Positions 9,181 to 16,218 of a stretch of DNA of 20,000 nucleotides are shown one piece after another; position 1 is the stretch's first letter; the number at the start of each line of letters is the position of its first letter. The notes below the pieces were generated by a model. The model did not search any database and was not told where the DNA came from. It saw nothing but the letters and a program-made list of their open reading frames with translations. The DNA is from an uncultured virus (IMG/VR IMGVR_UViG_3300033144_007571) (taxonomy: Duplodnaviria > Heunggongvirae > Uroviricota > Caudoviricetes): the IMG/VR virus record IMGVR_UViG_3300033144_007571; one strand, written 5' to 3'. The position numbers and the translations under genes were made by a program.

Positions 9181-9478
9181 AGTCCTATGAAAACTGCTCA
9201 TTTGTTCAGGGATCCCCTAACCTGAGTTGACTATTTCTCTGGGAATTATTTGGGTGTTCCTTTTGGCATAGTCTTGCCTCACCATCCTTTAACGCGGATT
9301 GGTTTTCGGCCACGTTGCTGTAGACTTCCATATCTACACAGTGTGACACCCTGTTAATTGTGGGAACCTTAACGTACCTCCCACTGGACGCCCTATGAAC
9401 TACACAAGGAAACTAACCGCACCGACATAGGGTTCAGTGTTTTGGTTAGCTAAAGGATTTATCAATAATCCCTTTATT
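9181..9478 (-). ncRNA. Candidate large structured RNA with several pseudoknots and group I intron-like elements
   Basis: ORF-free, GC-enriched ~300 nt with at least 8 hand-identified helices and loop-downstream pairings. G-U wobbles favour the minus strand. Starts just downstream of the 14-mer promoter-like motif. Confidence 0.6.
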
Positions 9479-9485
9479 CATATTA

Positions 9486-9499
9486 ATTAATATATATAG
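9486..9499 (-). promoter_or_regulatory. Conserved 14-mer CTATATATATTAAT (putative phage promoter), copy 1
   Basis: Exact copy also at 11200-11213 and 11719-11732. All three are intergenic and upstream of minus-strand units. Confidence 0.65.
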
Positions 9500-9513
9500 A
9501 ATGGAGTTTTATA

Positions 9514-10533
9514 ATGAGAAATTTTTGGTTATTTAGATCTAATATAAAACATTTAGAATATTATCATGAGTATAAAACTTTACAAGAATTTGAAATGAAT
9601 TGTCATGATTATTATATGTTGCTACCATTATGGTTATTGAAAAATGGCTATTTTGATAAAGTTATCATTTGGAGATTATCTAAAGGTACCCACCCTGATA
9701 TAAAATTCGACATTGATGGAAAATATTATATTCAGAGATGGGTTCGAAATTTTAAAGATACATTTGATTATCCTAAACCAGAAATCTCATTTTTTAGAGG
9801 AGGTTTTAGCGAATATGATGCTGTTACAAAACAGAATCCAAAACACTATGGACTCAAGTTATATCTTGGAGCCGGAAGAAGAATAATACCGCAGTGGGGT
9901 GGGAATTATGATGTGTATTTAATGGAAGATGAAAGAGATTTTATAAGAGGACAAAAATGTGGTCCATTTTATAAAACAGCTTCTCCTTATATTTTTCATC
10001 CAATCCCAGATTCGAAGATTAAATATGATATTTGTTGGCCAGCAAATTTTGAACAGATAAGACATAAAGGACATGAGTTCTTTATTAAAATTGTATCTTC
10101 TAGTTCTTTTCTAAAAAAATTAAAAATAGTTCATTGTGGTAACAAACCAGGTGTTGGAAAAAAATTATGTGAAAAATATAATGTAGATAATATAAAATTT
10201 ATGGGACCAGTTGATAGACCTATTTTAAATAAAATTCTTAATCAAAGTAAATTTGGCCTGAATGTTAGTAATTTACAAGATGGATGCCCAAGAGTTTCTA
10301 CTGAAGTTTTAATGTCCGGAACACCCTTAATACTTAGAGATACAGTAAGGTTATTAAAATCATATAGAAAAAAAGGAGTGTTAAATGTAAATCAAGAGAA
10401 TATGGTATACCAAATTATTTCAAATATCTCTTTTTTTAAGAAGCATAAAGAGGTAGTATTTGATGCAATAAATCATGAACTATCATTTGATAATGTGAAC
10501 AAAAAAAATATTGATTTTTGGAAGACCATGTAA
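9514..10533 (+). CDS. GT-B fold glycosyltransferase (GT4-like)
   Basis: C-terminal DGCPRVSTEVLMSGTPLI (D/E-x7-E motif), HKG and FMGPV. GGAG SD. Confidence 0.75.
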   Translation: MRNFWLFRSNIKHLEYYHEYKTLQEFEMNCHDYYMLLPLWLLKNGYFDKVIIWRLSKGTHPDIKFDIDGKYYIQRWVRNFKDTFDYPKPEISFFRGGFSEYDAVTKQNPKHYGLKLYLGAGRRIIPQWGGNYDVYLMEDERDFIRGQKCGPFYKTASPYIFHPIPDSKIKYDICWPANFEQIRHKGHEFFIKIVSSSSFLKKLKIVHCGNKPGVGKKLCEKYNVDNIKFMGPVDRPILNKILNQSKFGLNVSNLQDGCPRVSTEVLMSGTPLILRDTVRLLKSYRKKGVLNVNQENMVYQIISNISFFKKHKEVVFDAINHELSFDNVNKKNIDFWKTM

Positions 10534-10566
10534 AAAAATACGATCTATGTTGACTCGTATTTTTTT
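10532..10566. terminator. Bidirectional intrinsic terminator
   Basis: AAAAAAATACGA-11 nt-TCGTATTTTTTT inverted repeat between convergent genes. Confidence 0.75.
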
Positions 10567-10573
10567 GTTCGTT

Positions 10574-11158
10574 TTAATCCAGATCAATTGCATCCCGGAG
10601 ATTTTTTGGAAGAGAATCAATCATGCTAAATCCAGTTTCAAGCAGTTCATTCACATCATTATTTTCAGTATGAACCATTGTTTCAAACAGCATTTTCTTT
10701 AAGGGCCACAGAAATCCTGTTGCACCTTTTTCAGCTGCAATTCCGATTCCCTCTCTTGCTTTTCTATCTGTTTTGTCAATCCCATTGAAGAATCTTTGGT
10801 GCTTGAGGATGAAGTACGTAACGTAATCATGTTCGATGGGCTCTCCATCTCGATCTACTGCAATCTCGGTCGATCTTAACACCTCTTTGTAAAAATTCTC
10901 CATTTCAGCAAGCTCAAGTTTCTGAGCATCAGACAGATTTACTTTGTTTCTTTTGATCCTCACTTTCTCTTTAAGAAGTTGATCCAAAGCTTTTTTGGCA
11001 TCTAGCTTTCTTTGATGGAGGGCGTCATTTTGTTTATTCATCATTCTCCAACGAGACATGACTGTTGGATAATTATCAATGAAGAAATTTATGGTATCCT
11101 CCAAACTTCCATTGTGATAGCTACAACTACTGTCGAAAAAGTCACTTGCTAGACTCAT
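10574..11158 (-). CDS. Hypothetical protein (194 aa, partly coiled-coil)
   Basis: SD AAAGGAG, promoter-like motif 42 nt upstream, terminator downstream. Confidence 0.8.
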   Translation of the reverse strand: MSLASDFFDSSCSYHNGSLEDTINFFIDNYPTVMSRWRMMNKQNDALHQRKLDAKKALDQLLKEKVRIKRNKVNLSDAQKLELAEMENFYKEVLRSTEIAVDRDGEPIEHDYVTYFILKHQRFFNGIDKTDRKAREGIGIAAEKGATGFLWPLKKMLFETMVHTENNDVNELLETGFSMIDSLPKNLRDAIDLD

Positions 11159-11199
11159 AAGTTTATCTCCTTTCCAACTGGTTTAGGTTTAGCTCAATT

Positions 11200-11213
11200 A
11201 TTAATATATATAG
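11200..11213 (-). promoter_or_regulatory. Conserved 14-mer CTATATATATTAAT, copy 2
   Basis: Exact repeat 42 nt upstream of ATG 11158. Confidence 0.65.
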
Positions 11214-11231
11214 AACAAAAAAATATCTTGG

Positions 11232-11265
11232 AAAAATAAAGGTAGCAGAATGCTCCTTTATTTCC
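11232..11265 (-). terminator. Intrinsic terminator after the Lys-rich gene
   Basis: Minus strand AAATAAAGG-AGCattctGCT-A-CCTTTATTTTT. A small hairpin CCTTCA/TGAAGG (11265-11279) precedes it. Confidence 0.55.
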
Positions 11266-11303
11266 CTTCATATTGAAGGAGGCGGGGGAATTAGACTGAG
11301 GAA

Positions 11304-11669
11304 TTAGACCACGTCGGTTGGCTCGCCGTTGTCCTTGCCGTTGACCTTGCTTTTGATAAGCAATCCTGCCACTGCTGTTGCGGCTGCCGCTGTAACCAGA
11401 CCACCCCAAAGAGCAACCTTTTTCACTTTTGCTTTGAACTTCTTGCTCTTCATCTTTTTCGTTGTGGTTTTCTTTGCGTCCGTGTATCTGTTTTTGGCGT
11501 TTGTGTAGCGGGTCTTGGCGGCCTTTTTTGCCTTTTCGGCCTTTTCGAGGACGTCCTTTTTAACATCCGTACCCATGGCCTTGAAACGTTTGATGGCGTG
11601 TTCATATCTGGTTTTCGCCATATCCATCTTTTTCTTCAAATCACTGACCTTTACCTTCTTTTTACCCAT
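11304..11669 (-). CDS. Lys/Ala-rich basic protein with C-terminal transmembrane anchor (121 aa)
   Basis: ATG 11669 after GGGAGG. Three AK(T/N)RYxxA repeats and the hydrophobic segment VALWGGLVTAAAATAVAGLLI. Confidence 0.8.
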   Translation of the reverse strand: MGKKKVKVSDLKKKMDMAKTRYEHAIKRFKAMGTDVKKDVLEKAEKAKKAAKTRYTNAKNRYTDAKKTTTKKMKSKKFKAKVKKVALWGGLVTAAAATAVAGLLIKSKVNGKDNGEPTDVV

Positions 11670-11718
11670 AATTGTATTCCTCCCGAAATTGAAGTTTGTG
11701 AAATTCATTATTCTATAA

Positions 11719-11732
11719 ATTAATATATATAG
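11719..11732 (-). promoter_or_regulatory. Conserved 14-mer CTATATATATTAAT, copy 3
   Basis: Exact repeat 50 nt upstream of ATG 11669. Confidence 0.65.
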
Positions 11733-11811
11733 TTGGTTTGATTATAATGGATGATTTTCGGTTGATTTTTTTTATAATGGGAACATAATAATAAAATGAA
11801 AGGAGTGATAA

Positions 11812-12369
11812 ATGGGTGAAAAGTATGATCTTTTAGTATTATTTAGCGGTGGTGCTGATAGTGTATTGATGATCCAAATGGCAAAACTTATGAATAAAGA
11901 CCCATATTGTGTTGTTATTGATTATGAGCAACTTCATCAACAAGAGCTTGATGCAGCATATGATTATTTGAGGGAAGAGGGAATTGATTGGCAAACTGTA
12001 AAAATATCTGGACTTAAAATTAATAGTGGATTAACTGGTAGTGGAGAAAAAAATGAGAGTGGTGAAGTTCATGAAATGTATGTACCAGGGAGAAATACTA
12101 TATTTATTAGTATAGCTTTTAGTATTGCAGAAAATCTGGGAATTGATACGATTTGGCATGGCGCAGACTATACAGATAGACTCAATTTTTTCCCTGATTG
12201 TTATCAGAATTATTTCGTTGCTTTTAATGAACTTCTTCAACATGCAGGGCCAAAAGACATTGAAGTTGAAGCTCCACTGTTAGGACTTTCAAAAGAAAAT
12301 ATTTTAAAAATTTTAGAGTATTATGGGATTGATATGGAAAAAATCTTTAGCGGATATGGAGACTTATAA
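11812..12369 (+). CDS. queC: QueC-like 7-cyano-7-deazaguanine synthase, lacking the C-terminal Zn site
   Basis: PP-loop LFSGGADS, DYEQ.H..EL, YVPGRNTIF, FPDC and APLL..SK. Ends at IFSGYGDL without the Cys cluster. Confidence 0.82.
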   Translation: MGEKYDLLVLFSGGADSVLMIQMAKLMNKDPYCVVIDYEQLHQQELDAAYDYLREEGIDWQTVKISGLKINSGLTGSGEKNESGEVHEMYVPGRNTIFISIAFSIAENLGIDTIWHGADYTDRLNFFPDCYQNYFVAFNELLQHAGPKDIEVEAPLLGLSKENILKILEYYGIDMEKIFSGYGDL

Positions 12370-12710
12370 TGGACTTTAATGAATATCAAATAGCAACACG
12401 AGAAACTGATTTGGGTACTGGTGAAAGACATAATATTAGTCCAACATGGTTATATTATGTTTTGGGCGTAGGTGGTGAAACAGGAGAATTATTAGAAAAA
12501 ATTAAGAAGCATTTTAGAGATGATTATGGAGTTATGACAGAAGAAAAAAAGAAAGAAATAATAAAAGAGATGGGTGATATACAATGGTATATTGCAAGAT
12601 TAGCTGATGTGTTGGAAATTAAGTTTGATGATGTAGCAACCACAAACATTACAAAACTTTTAGATAGAAAGAAAAGAAAAAAACTAAAGGGGAGTGGAGA
12701 CAACAGATGA
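12369..12710 (+). CDS. MazG-like nucleotide pyrophosphohydrolase
   Basis: LGVGGETGELLEKIKK...KEMGDIQWY (ExxE...ExxD), N..KL..R and GSGDNR. Confidence 0.88.
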   Translation: MDFNEYQIATRETDLGTGERHNISPTWLYYVLGVGGETGELLEKIKKHFRDDYGVMTEEKKKEIIKEMGDIQWYIARLADVLEIKFDDVATTNITKLLDRKKRKKLKGSGDNR

Positions 12711-13141
12711 AAACAAATATTGAATATTTAGCGATTCCATATACTGATGATAGTGAAGAAGTTATGGATTTCAGAGCAGCGGTGTCGGATATTATTTGTG
12801 CAGATTTAATGAATAAGGGAAGATATATTTATGCTCCTATTAGTAGTTGCCATCATATTGCTAAGAAATATGGGCTTCCAAGAAACTGGGAATTCTGGAA
12901 AGGAATGGACGAAGAATATGTTAGTATGTGTAAAACTATTATCATTGTTACTCTTCCAGGGTGGGAGACATCCACCGGAGTTACAGCAGAAAAAGCAATT
13001 GCAGAAAGAGAGGGAACTGAAATTGAAAAACTAGATCCAACCCCCTATGTTGAACAATTAAAGAAGGAAAAACCCGTACCACCTGGAGATCGAATACTTC
13101 AAGAAGGAGAACAACCACCACTTAGAAAGGAGAATGAATAA
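12707..13141 (+). CDS. DUF1937-like / nucleoside 2-deoxyribosyltransferase-fold protein
   Basis: YLAIPY, IYAPISSCHHIA, WEFW...D and LPGWETSTGVTAE motifs. Confidence 0.75.
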   Translation: MKTNIEYLAIPYTDDSEEVMDFRAAVSDIICADLMNKGRYIYAPISSCHHIAKKYGLPRNWEFWKGMDEEYVSMCKTIIIVTLPGWETSTGVTAEKAIAEREGTEIEKLDPTPYVEQLKKEKPVPPGDRILQEGEQPPLRKENE

Positions 13142-13332
13142 TGATTTGGGATGAGAAAGCGAGACAAAAGGAAGATGAGGGTTTAAGAAATGGTACCCTT
13201 AGAATGTGTCCTAAATGTCTCGAGATCATACTAAGAACTTCACCAATATGTGAGCATTGTAATACAAATTTGGAAGAGCTTGGATATTGGATAAAGAAAT
13301 AGAAAAGGAGAATGAATAATGACGTGGGATGA
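13126..13332 (+). repeat. 29-bp direct repeat (27/29 identical) covering the RBS and first codons of two adjacent genes
   Basis: AAAGGAGAATGAATAATGA-tt-TGGGATGA (13126-13154) versus AAAGGAGAATGAATAATGA-cg-TGGGATGA (13304-13332). Confidence 0.85.
13141..13302 (+). CDS. Small zinc-ribbon protein (53 aa)
   Basis: Manually translated MIWDEKARQK...RMCPKCLEIILRTSPICEHCN... with CxxC-x10-CxxC. AAAGGAG SD. Confidence 0.75.
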   Translation: MIWDEKARQKEDEGLRNGTLRMCPKCLEIILRTSPICEHCNTNLEELGYWIKK

Positions 13333-13861
13333 ATATTATCACAAACTTTGTGTAACTGTAGCAAGCAATACAAAATGTTTATCAAGAACTATTGGCGCTG
13401 TATTGGTAAGAGATAAAAGTATAATTTCTACGGGTTATAATGGACCTCCAAGAGGTGTACCACATTGTGGCTCAAGATTTATAATTGATCCTAAACTTAG
13501 AGCGCTTCTTATATCAAAAGATATGAATCCTAATGATCCAGCGCTTCACGATACATGTCCTAGATATGTTGCAGGTTTTAAATCTGGAGAAGGGCTTGAA
13601 TGGTGTGTAGCAGGACATGCTGAAAGAAATGCTATAGTAAATGCAGCTAGATCAGGTGCTTGCACTATGGGTGCTACTCTTTATATGGACTGCGGAATTC
13701 CTTGTACTCCATGTTTGGTTGAAATTATCAATTCAGGTATAGAAGAAATAGTTGTTACGAAAATGATATACTATGATCTTTCAGCAGAATATACTCTAGA
13801 AAATAGTGATCTAAGATGCAGAGTTTATAGTCATTTAATAGGTGAACGAAATGAGAACTAA
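13319..13861 (+). CDS. dCMP deaminase (ComEB/dCMP deaminase family)
   Basis: WDEYY, CLSRTIGAVLV, STGYNGPP, HAERNAI and PCTPC. Confidence 0.92.
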   Translation: MTWDEYYHKLCVTVASNTKCLSRTIGAVLVRDKSIISTGYNGPPRGVPHCGSRFIIDPKLRALLISKDMNPNDPALHDTCPRYVAGFKSGEGLEWCVAGHAERNAIVNAARSGACTMGATLYMDCGIPCTPCLVEIINSGIEEIVVTKMIYYDLSAEYTLENSDLRCRVYSHLIGERNEN

Positions 13862-14015
13862 AAAAGATTTATTGTATGAACTTAAAACTGTACAACAAGT
13901 TATAAAAAATAGTAAACGAACTGAGATTGAAATAAATCATGTTGTGGGAGAAGTTCTGATTGATATTAGAGATATTTTGAAGGATATTTGTGATTATTTA
14001 AAAGGGGATCTCTAA
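13851..14015 (+). CDS. Small hypothetical protein (54 aa)
   Basis: Manually translated ORF MRTKKDLLYEL...VLIDIRDIL... filling the gap. AGGTG SD. Confidence 0.6.
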   Translation: MRTKKDLLYELKTVQQVIKNSKRTEIEINHVVGEVLIDIRDILKDICDYLKGDL

Positions 14016-14016
14016 G

Positions 14017-14376
14017 ATGAAAAAAATAGGAGTAATAGGAACTAGGCGTAGAGATACCTTTCTGGACTACAAACCAGTTCAAGAAGCTTTCTATGAAATA
14101 TATGAAGATAGGGATTGGGTAGTATCTGGAGGATGTCCAGAAGGTGGAGATCGTTTTGCTGAAAAAATGGCAAAAAAATATGGTATGCCTATTTTAATAT
14201 TTTATCCCAATTGGAGAAAATATTCTAAAGGAGCTGGATTTATAAGGAATACAGATATAGCTGAAAACTCTGATATAATTATTGCCTGTGTTGCCGAAGA
14301 TAGAACTGGCGGAACTGAGGATACTATCAAAAAGTTTTTGAAAGATCATGATGAAAAGGATTTGATTATTGTATGA
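14017..14376 (+). CDS. SLOG superfamily protein (YspA/DUF2493, DprA-like Rossmann fold)
   Basis: [31 protein letters not shown] and TGGTEDTI. Confidence 0.82.
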   Translation: MKKIGVIGTRRRDTFLDYKPVQEAFYEIYEDRDWVVSGGCPEGGDRFAEKMAKKYGMPILIFYPNWRKYSKGAGFIRNTDIAENSDIIIACVAEDRTGGTEDTIKKFLKDHDEKDLIIV

Positions 14377-14744
14377 AAAAAGAGCTATTGTTTTCAGTAA
14401 CCAGAAAAGATCTGAAAGTTCAAACTTTTAAGTCTGGTGGTAAGGGCGGACAACATCAAAACAAAACCGATTCTGGAGTTAGAATAATTCATTCAGAGAG
14501 TGGTGCAGTTGGTGAAAGCAGAGAAGAACGAAGTCAACATCGGAACAAAAAAATAGCATTGAAAAGATTAGTTAAACATCCAAAATTTAAGATATGGAAC
14601 TCAAGAAAATGTTTTGAGATAATAGAAGGAAAAACTATAGAGCAGATAGTCGATGAAATGATGGATGAAAAAAATCTCAAGTTTGAGGTAAAGGAAGAAG
14701 GAAAATGGACAAAAGTGGAAAGCCAAGAAGAAATGAAGAGTTAA
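14373..14744 (+). CDS. Class I release-factor domain protein (GGQ; ArfB/PrfH-like peptidyl-tRNA hydrolase)
   Basis: [23 protein letters not shown]...[15 protein letters not shown]. Only the catalytic domain is present. Confidence 0.88.
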   Translation: MKKELLFSVTRKDLKVQTFKSGGKGGQHQNKTDSGVRIIHSESGAVGESREERSQHRNKKIALKRLVKHPKFKIWNSRKCFEIIEGKTIEQIVDEMMDEKNLKFEVKEEGKWTKVESQEEMKS

Positions 14745-14896
14745 TTGAAGCTAAAGAAGCAATAAAGAAAGAAATGGTTAACTTACAAAATATAAGTCCT
14801 ATATTAGTATTTTACCCTACTATTATTGATGCTATTGATGAATTGTTAGAGGTAAGAAAAAAGGACAATGAATATTGGTTTTTAATAGACCGATAA
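14705..14896 (+). CDS. Hypothetical protein (63 aa)
   Basis: ORF fills the gap in a co-directional operon. Purine-rich SD; start uncertain. Confidence 0.55.
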   Translation: MDKSGKPRRNEELIEAKEAIKKEMVNLQNISPILVFYPTIIDAIDELLEVRKKDNEYWFLIDR

Positions 14897-14907
14897 AGGG
14901 GAAATAA

Positions 14908-15390
14908 ATGAAAAACTATCAGAGAAATATAGATGAAGAAGCACTGATGGGAAAAGAGACCGCTGCTAGATTTAGTGAAGGAAAGGTCAGACATGATTTA
15001 GTACCATCATGGCCAGTAGATGAGGTAGCAAAAGTCTATACATATGGTACTATTAAATATGATGATGATAATTGGCGAAAAGGACTTGCGTGGAAGAAGA
15101 ATGTAATTGGTCCTTTATTTAGACATCTATGGAAATGGGTTCGTGGAGAAATATTAGATGAAGAAAGCGGTTGTTTACATCTTGCAATGGTTGTTTGGCA
15201 ATGTTTTGCTTTAATGGAATATGAAAGATGTAAGGTAGGTCAAGATGATAGAAATCCATATGATTTAACTTTGATGGATAAAGAAGAACAAGAACGACGG
15301 ATAAAAATGTGGAAAATATTAGCAAGAGAAGATAGACTTGATGAATATAATGGGTTAGATAATAATTTAAAAAATAAGAACAAAAAATAA
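14908..15390 (+). CDS. dATP/dGTP diphosphohydrolase domain protein (DUF5664-like)
   Basis: RFSEGKVRHDLVP, EVAKVYTYGTIKYDDDNWRKG, RHLWKW..GE..DEESG..HLA. Confidence 0.85.
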   Translation: MKNYQRNIDEEALMGKETAARFSEGKVRHDLVPSWPVDEVAKVYTYGTIKYDDDNWRKGLAWKKNVIGPLFRHLWKWVRGEILDEESGCLHLAMVVWQCFALMEYERCKVGQDDRNPYDLTLMDKEEQERRIKMWKILAREDRLDEYNGLDNNLKNKNKK

Positions 15391-15401
15391 AAGGAGAAGT
15401 T

Positions 15402-15596
15402 ATGAAGAGTAGAAGTGTTATCGAAATTGAAACTGAGACTTATGAAGAAGAACAATTTATACTTAACAAATTTCCACGTACAGCTTGGATAAAATTGGGT
15501 GAAATAACCAGATTTTATGTTCAAAATGATCAGCTGACTAAAGTGGCAAAAGTATTGTCTGAATGGTCTCTAGGTGAGAAAGGAGCGAAAAGATGA
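15402..15596 (+). CDS. Hypothetical protein (64 aa)
   Basis: AAGGAG SD; operonic. Confidence 0.7.
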   Translation: MKSRSVIEIETETYEEEQFILNKFPRTAWIKLGEITRFYVQNDQLTKVAKVLSEWSLGEKGAKR

Positions 15597-16021
15597 CCAA
15601 AGAAATGAAAAATGAGAACGTTCAACCTATTGGTCTTGATGAGGTTAATACATCTACAAGACTTTTAGATAAACATTATTCTCCATTAATTGTAAGAAAG
15701 TATCAAATGTATGGGTGGCCCTTATTTGTATCACTTATATGTGATGTTTCTCTATCTGATTTAGATGACGTTGTTCATGATTTTGAGGATGATTTTGGAA
15801 TAGTAGATGATGATATTCAGGTAGCAAGAAATTTTTGTGGTGGTTTAAGTGATTGTATTGTTGAACATTACGAACTTAAAAAGAGGGGTTGTGTTGAAGG
15901 TGTTGCAGTTTTATGGTATGTTGATAAATGTTTTATTAGCTCTTTATGGGGCGACTTTATGGTTCATGCTTCATGTAAGGCAGAACTATTTGCTATCATA
16001 AATACTCTACCTCATATTTAA
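15593..16021 (+). CDS. Hypothetical protein (142 aa, acidic)
   Basis: AAGGAG SD; ATGA overlap. Confidence 0.75.
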   Translation: MTKEMKNENVQPIGLDEVNTSTRLLDKHYSPLIVRKYQMYGWPLFVSLICDVSLSDLDDVVHDFEDDFGIVDDDIQVARNFCGGLSDCIVEHYELKKRGCVEGVAVLWYVDKCFISSLWGDFMVHASCKAELFAIINTLPHI

Positions 16022-16033
16022 GGAGAATTTTAA

Positions 16034-16207
16034 ATGGAAGAAAATGAATATATAGATTTTGCAAATAAGTGTTATGATGAAGGAAAAGATCTAATTCAAG
16101 AAATGAAAAATGAAATTGCTACTATAATTGGTGATCGTAAATATGATCTACATGAGCAAGTAGAAAAAATTATGAATTTAATTTATGCTACAAAGTATGA
16201 ATGGTAA
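16034..16207 (+). CDS. Small hypothetical protein (57 aa)
   Basis: Manually translated MEENEYIDFANKCYDEG... AAGGAG SD. Confidence 0.7.
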   Translation: MEENEYIDFANKCYDEGKDLIQEMKNEIATIIGDRKYDLHEQVEKIMNLIYATKYEW

Positions 16208-16218
16208 GGAGATAAATC

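Noticed and set aside
9391..9450. HDV-like/theta ribozyme reading of the first pseudoknot (7-bp P1 with G-U at its base)
   Set aside because: Only 7 nt lie between the P2-like and P1' strands, too short for P3/L3, and there is no P1.1 GG or catalytic J4/2 pattern.
9181..9478. tmRNA, RNase P RNA or preQ1/c-di-GMP riboswitch identity for the structured region
   Set aside because: No tRNA-Ala-like ends or T arm, no GAGGAAAGUCC, no A-rich preQ1 tail and no GEMM consensus. A firm group I intron call was also withheld because P8 and exons are not evident.
11738..11780. Two TATAAT boxes upstream of queC as a sigma70 promoter
   Set aside because: No convincing -35 element at 16-18 bp spacing and the local sequence is very AT-rich, so it was not called as a feature.
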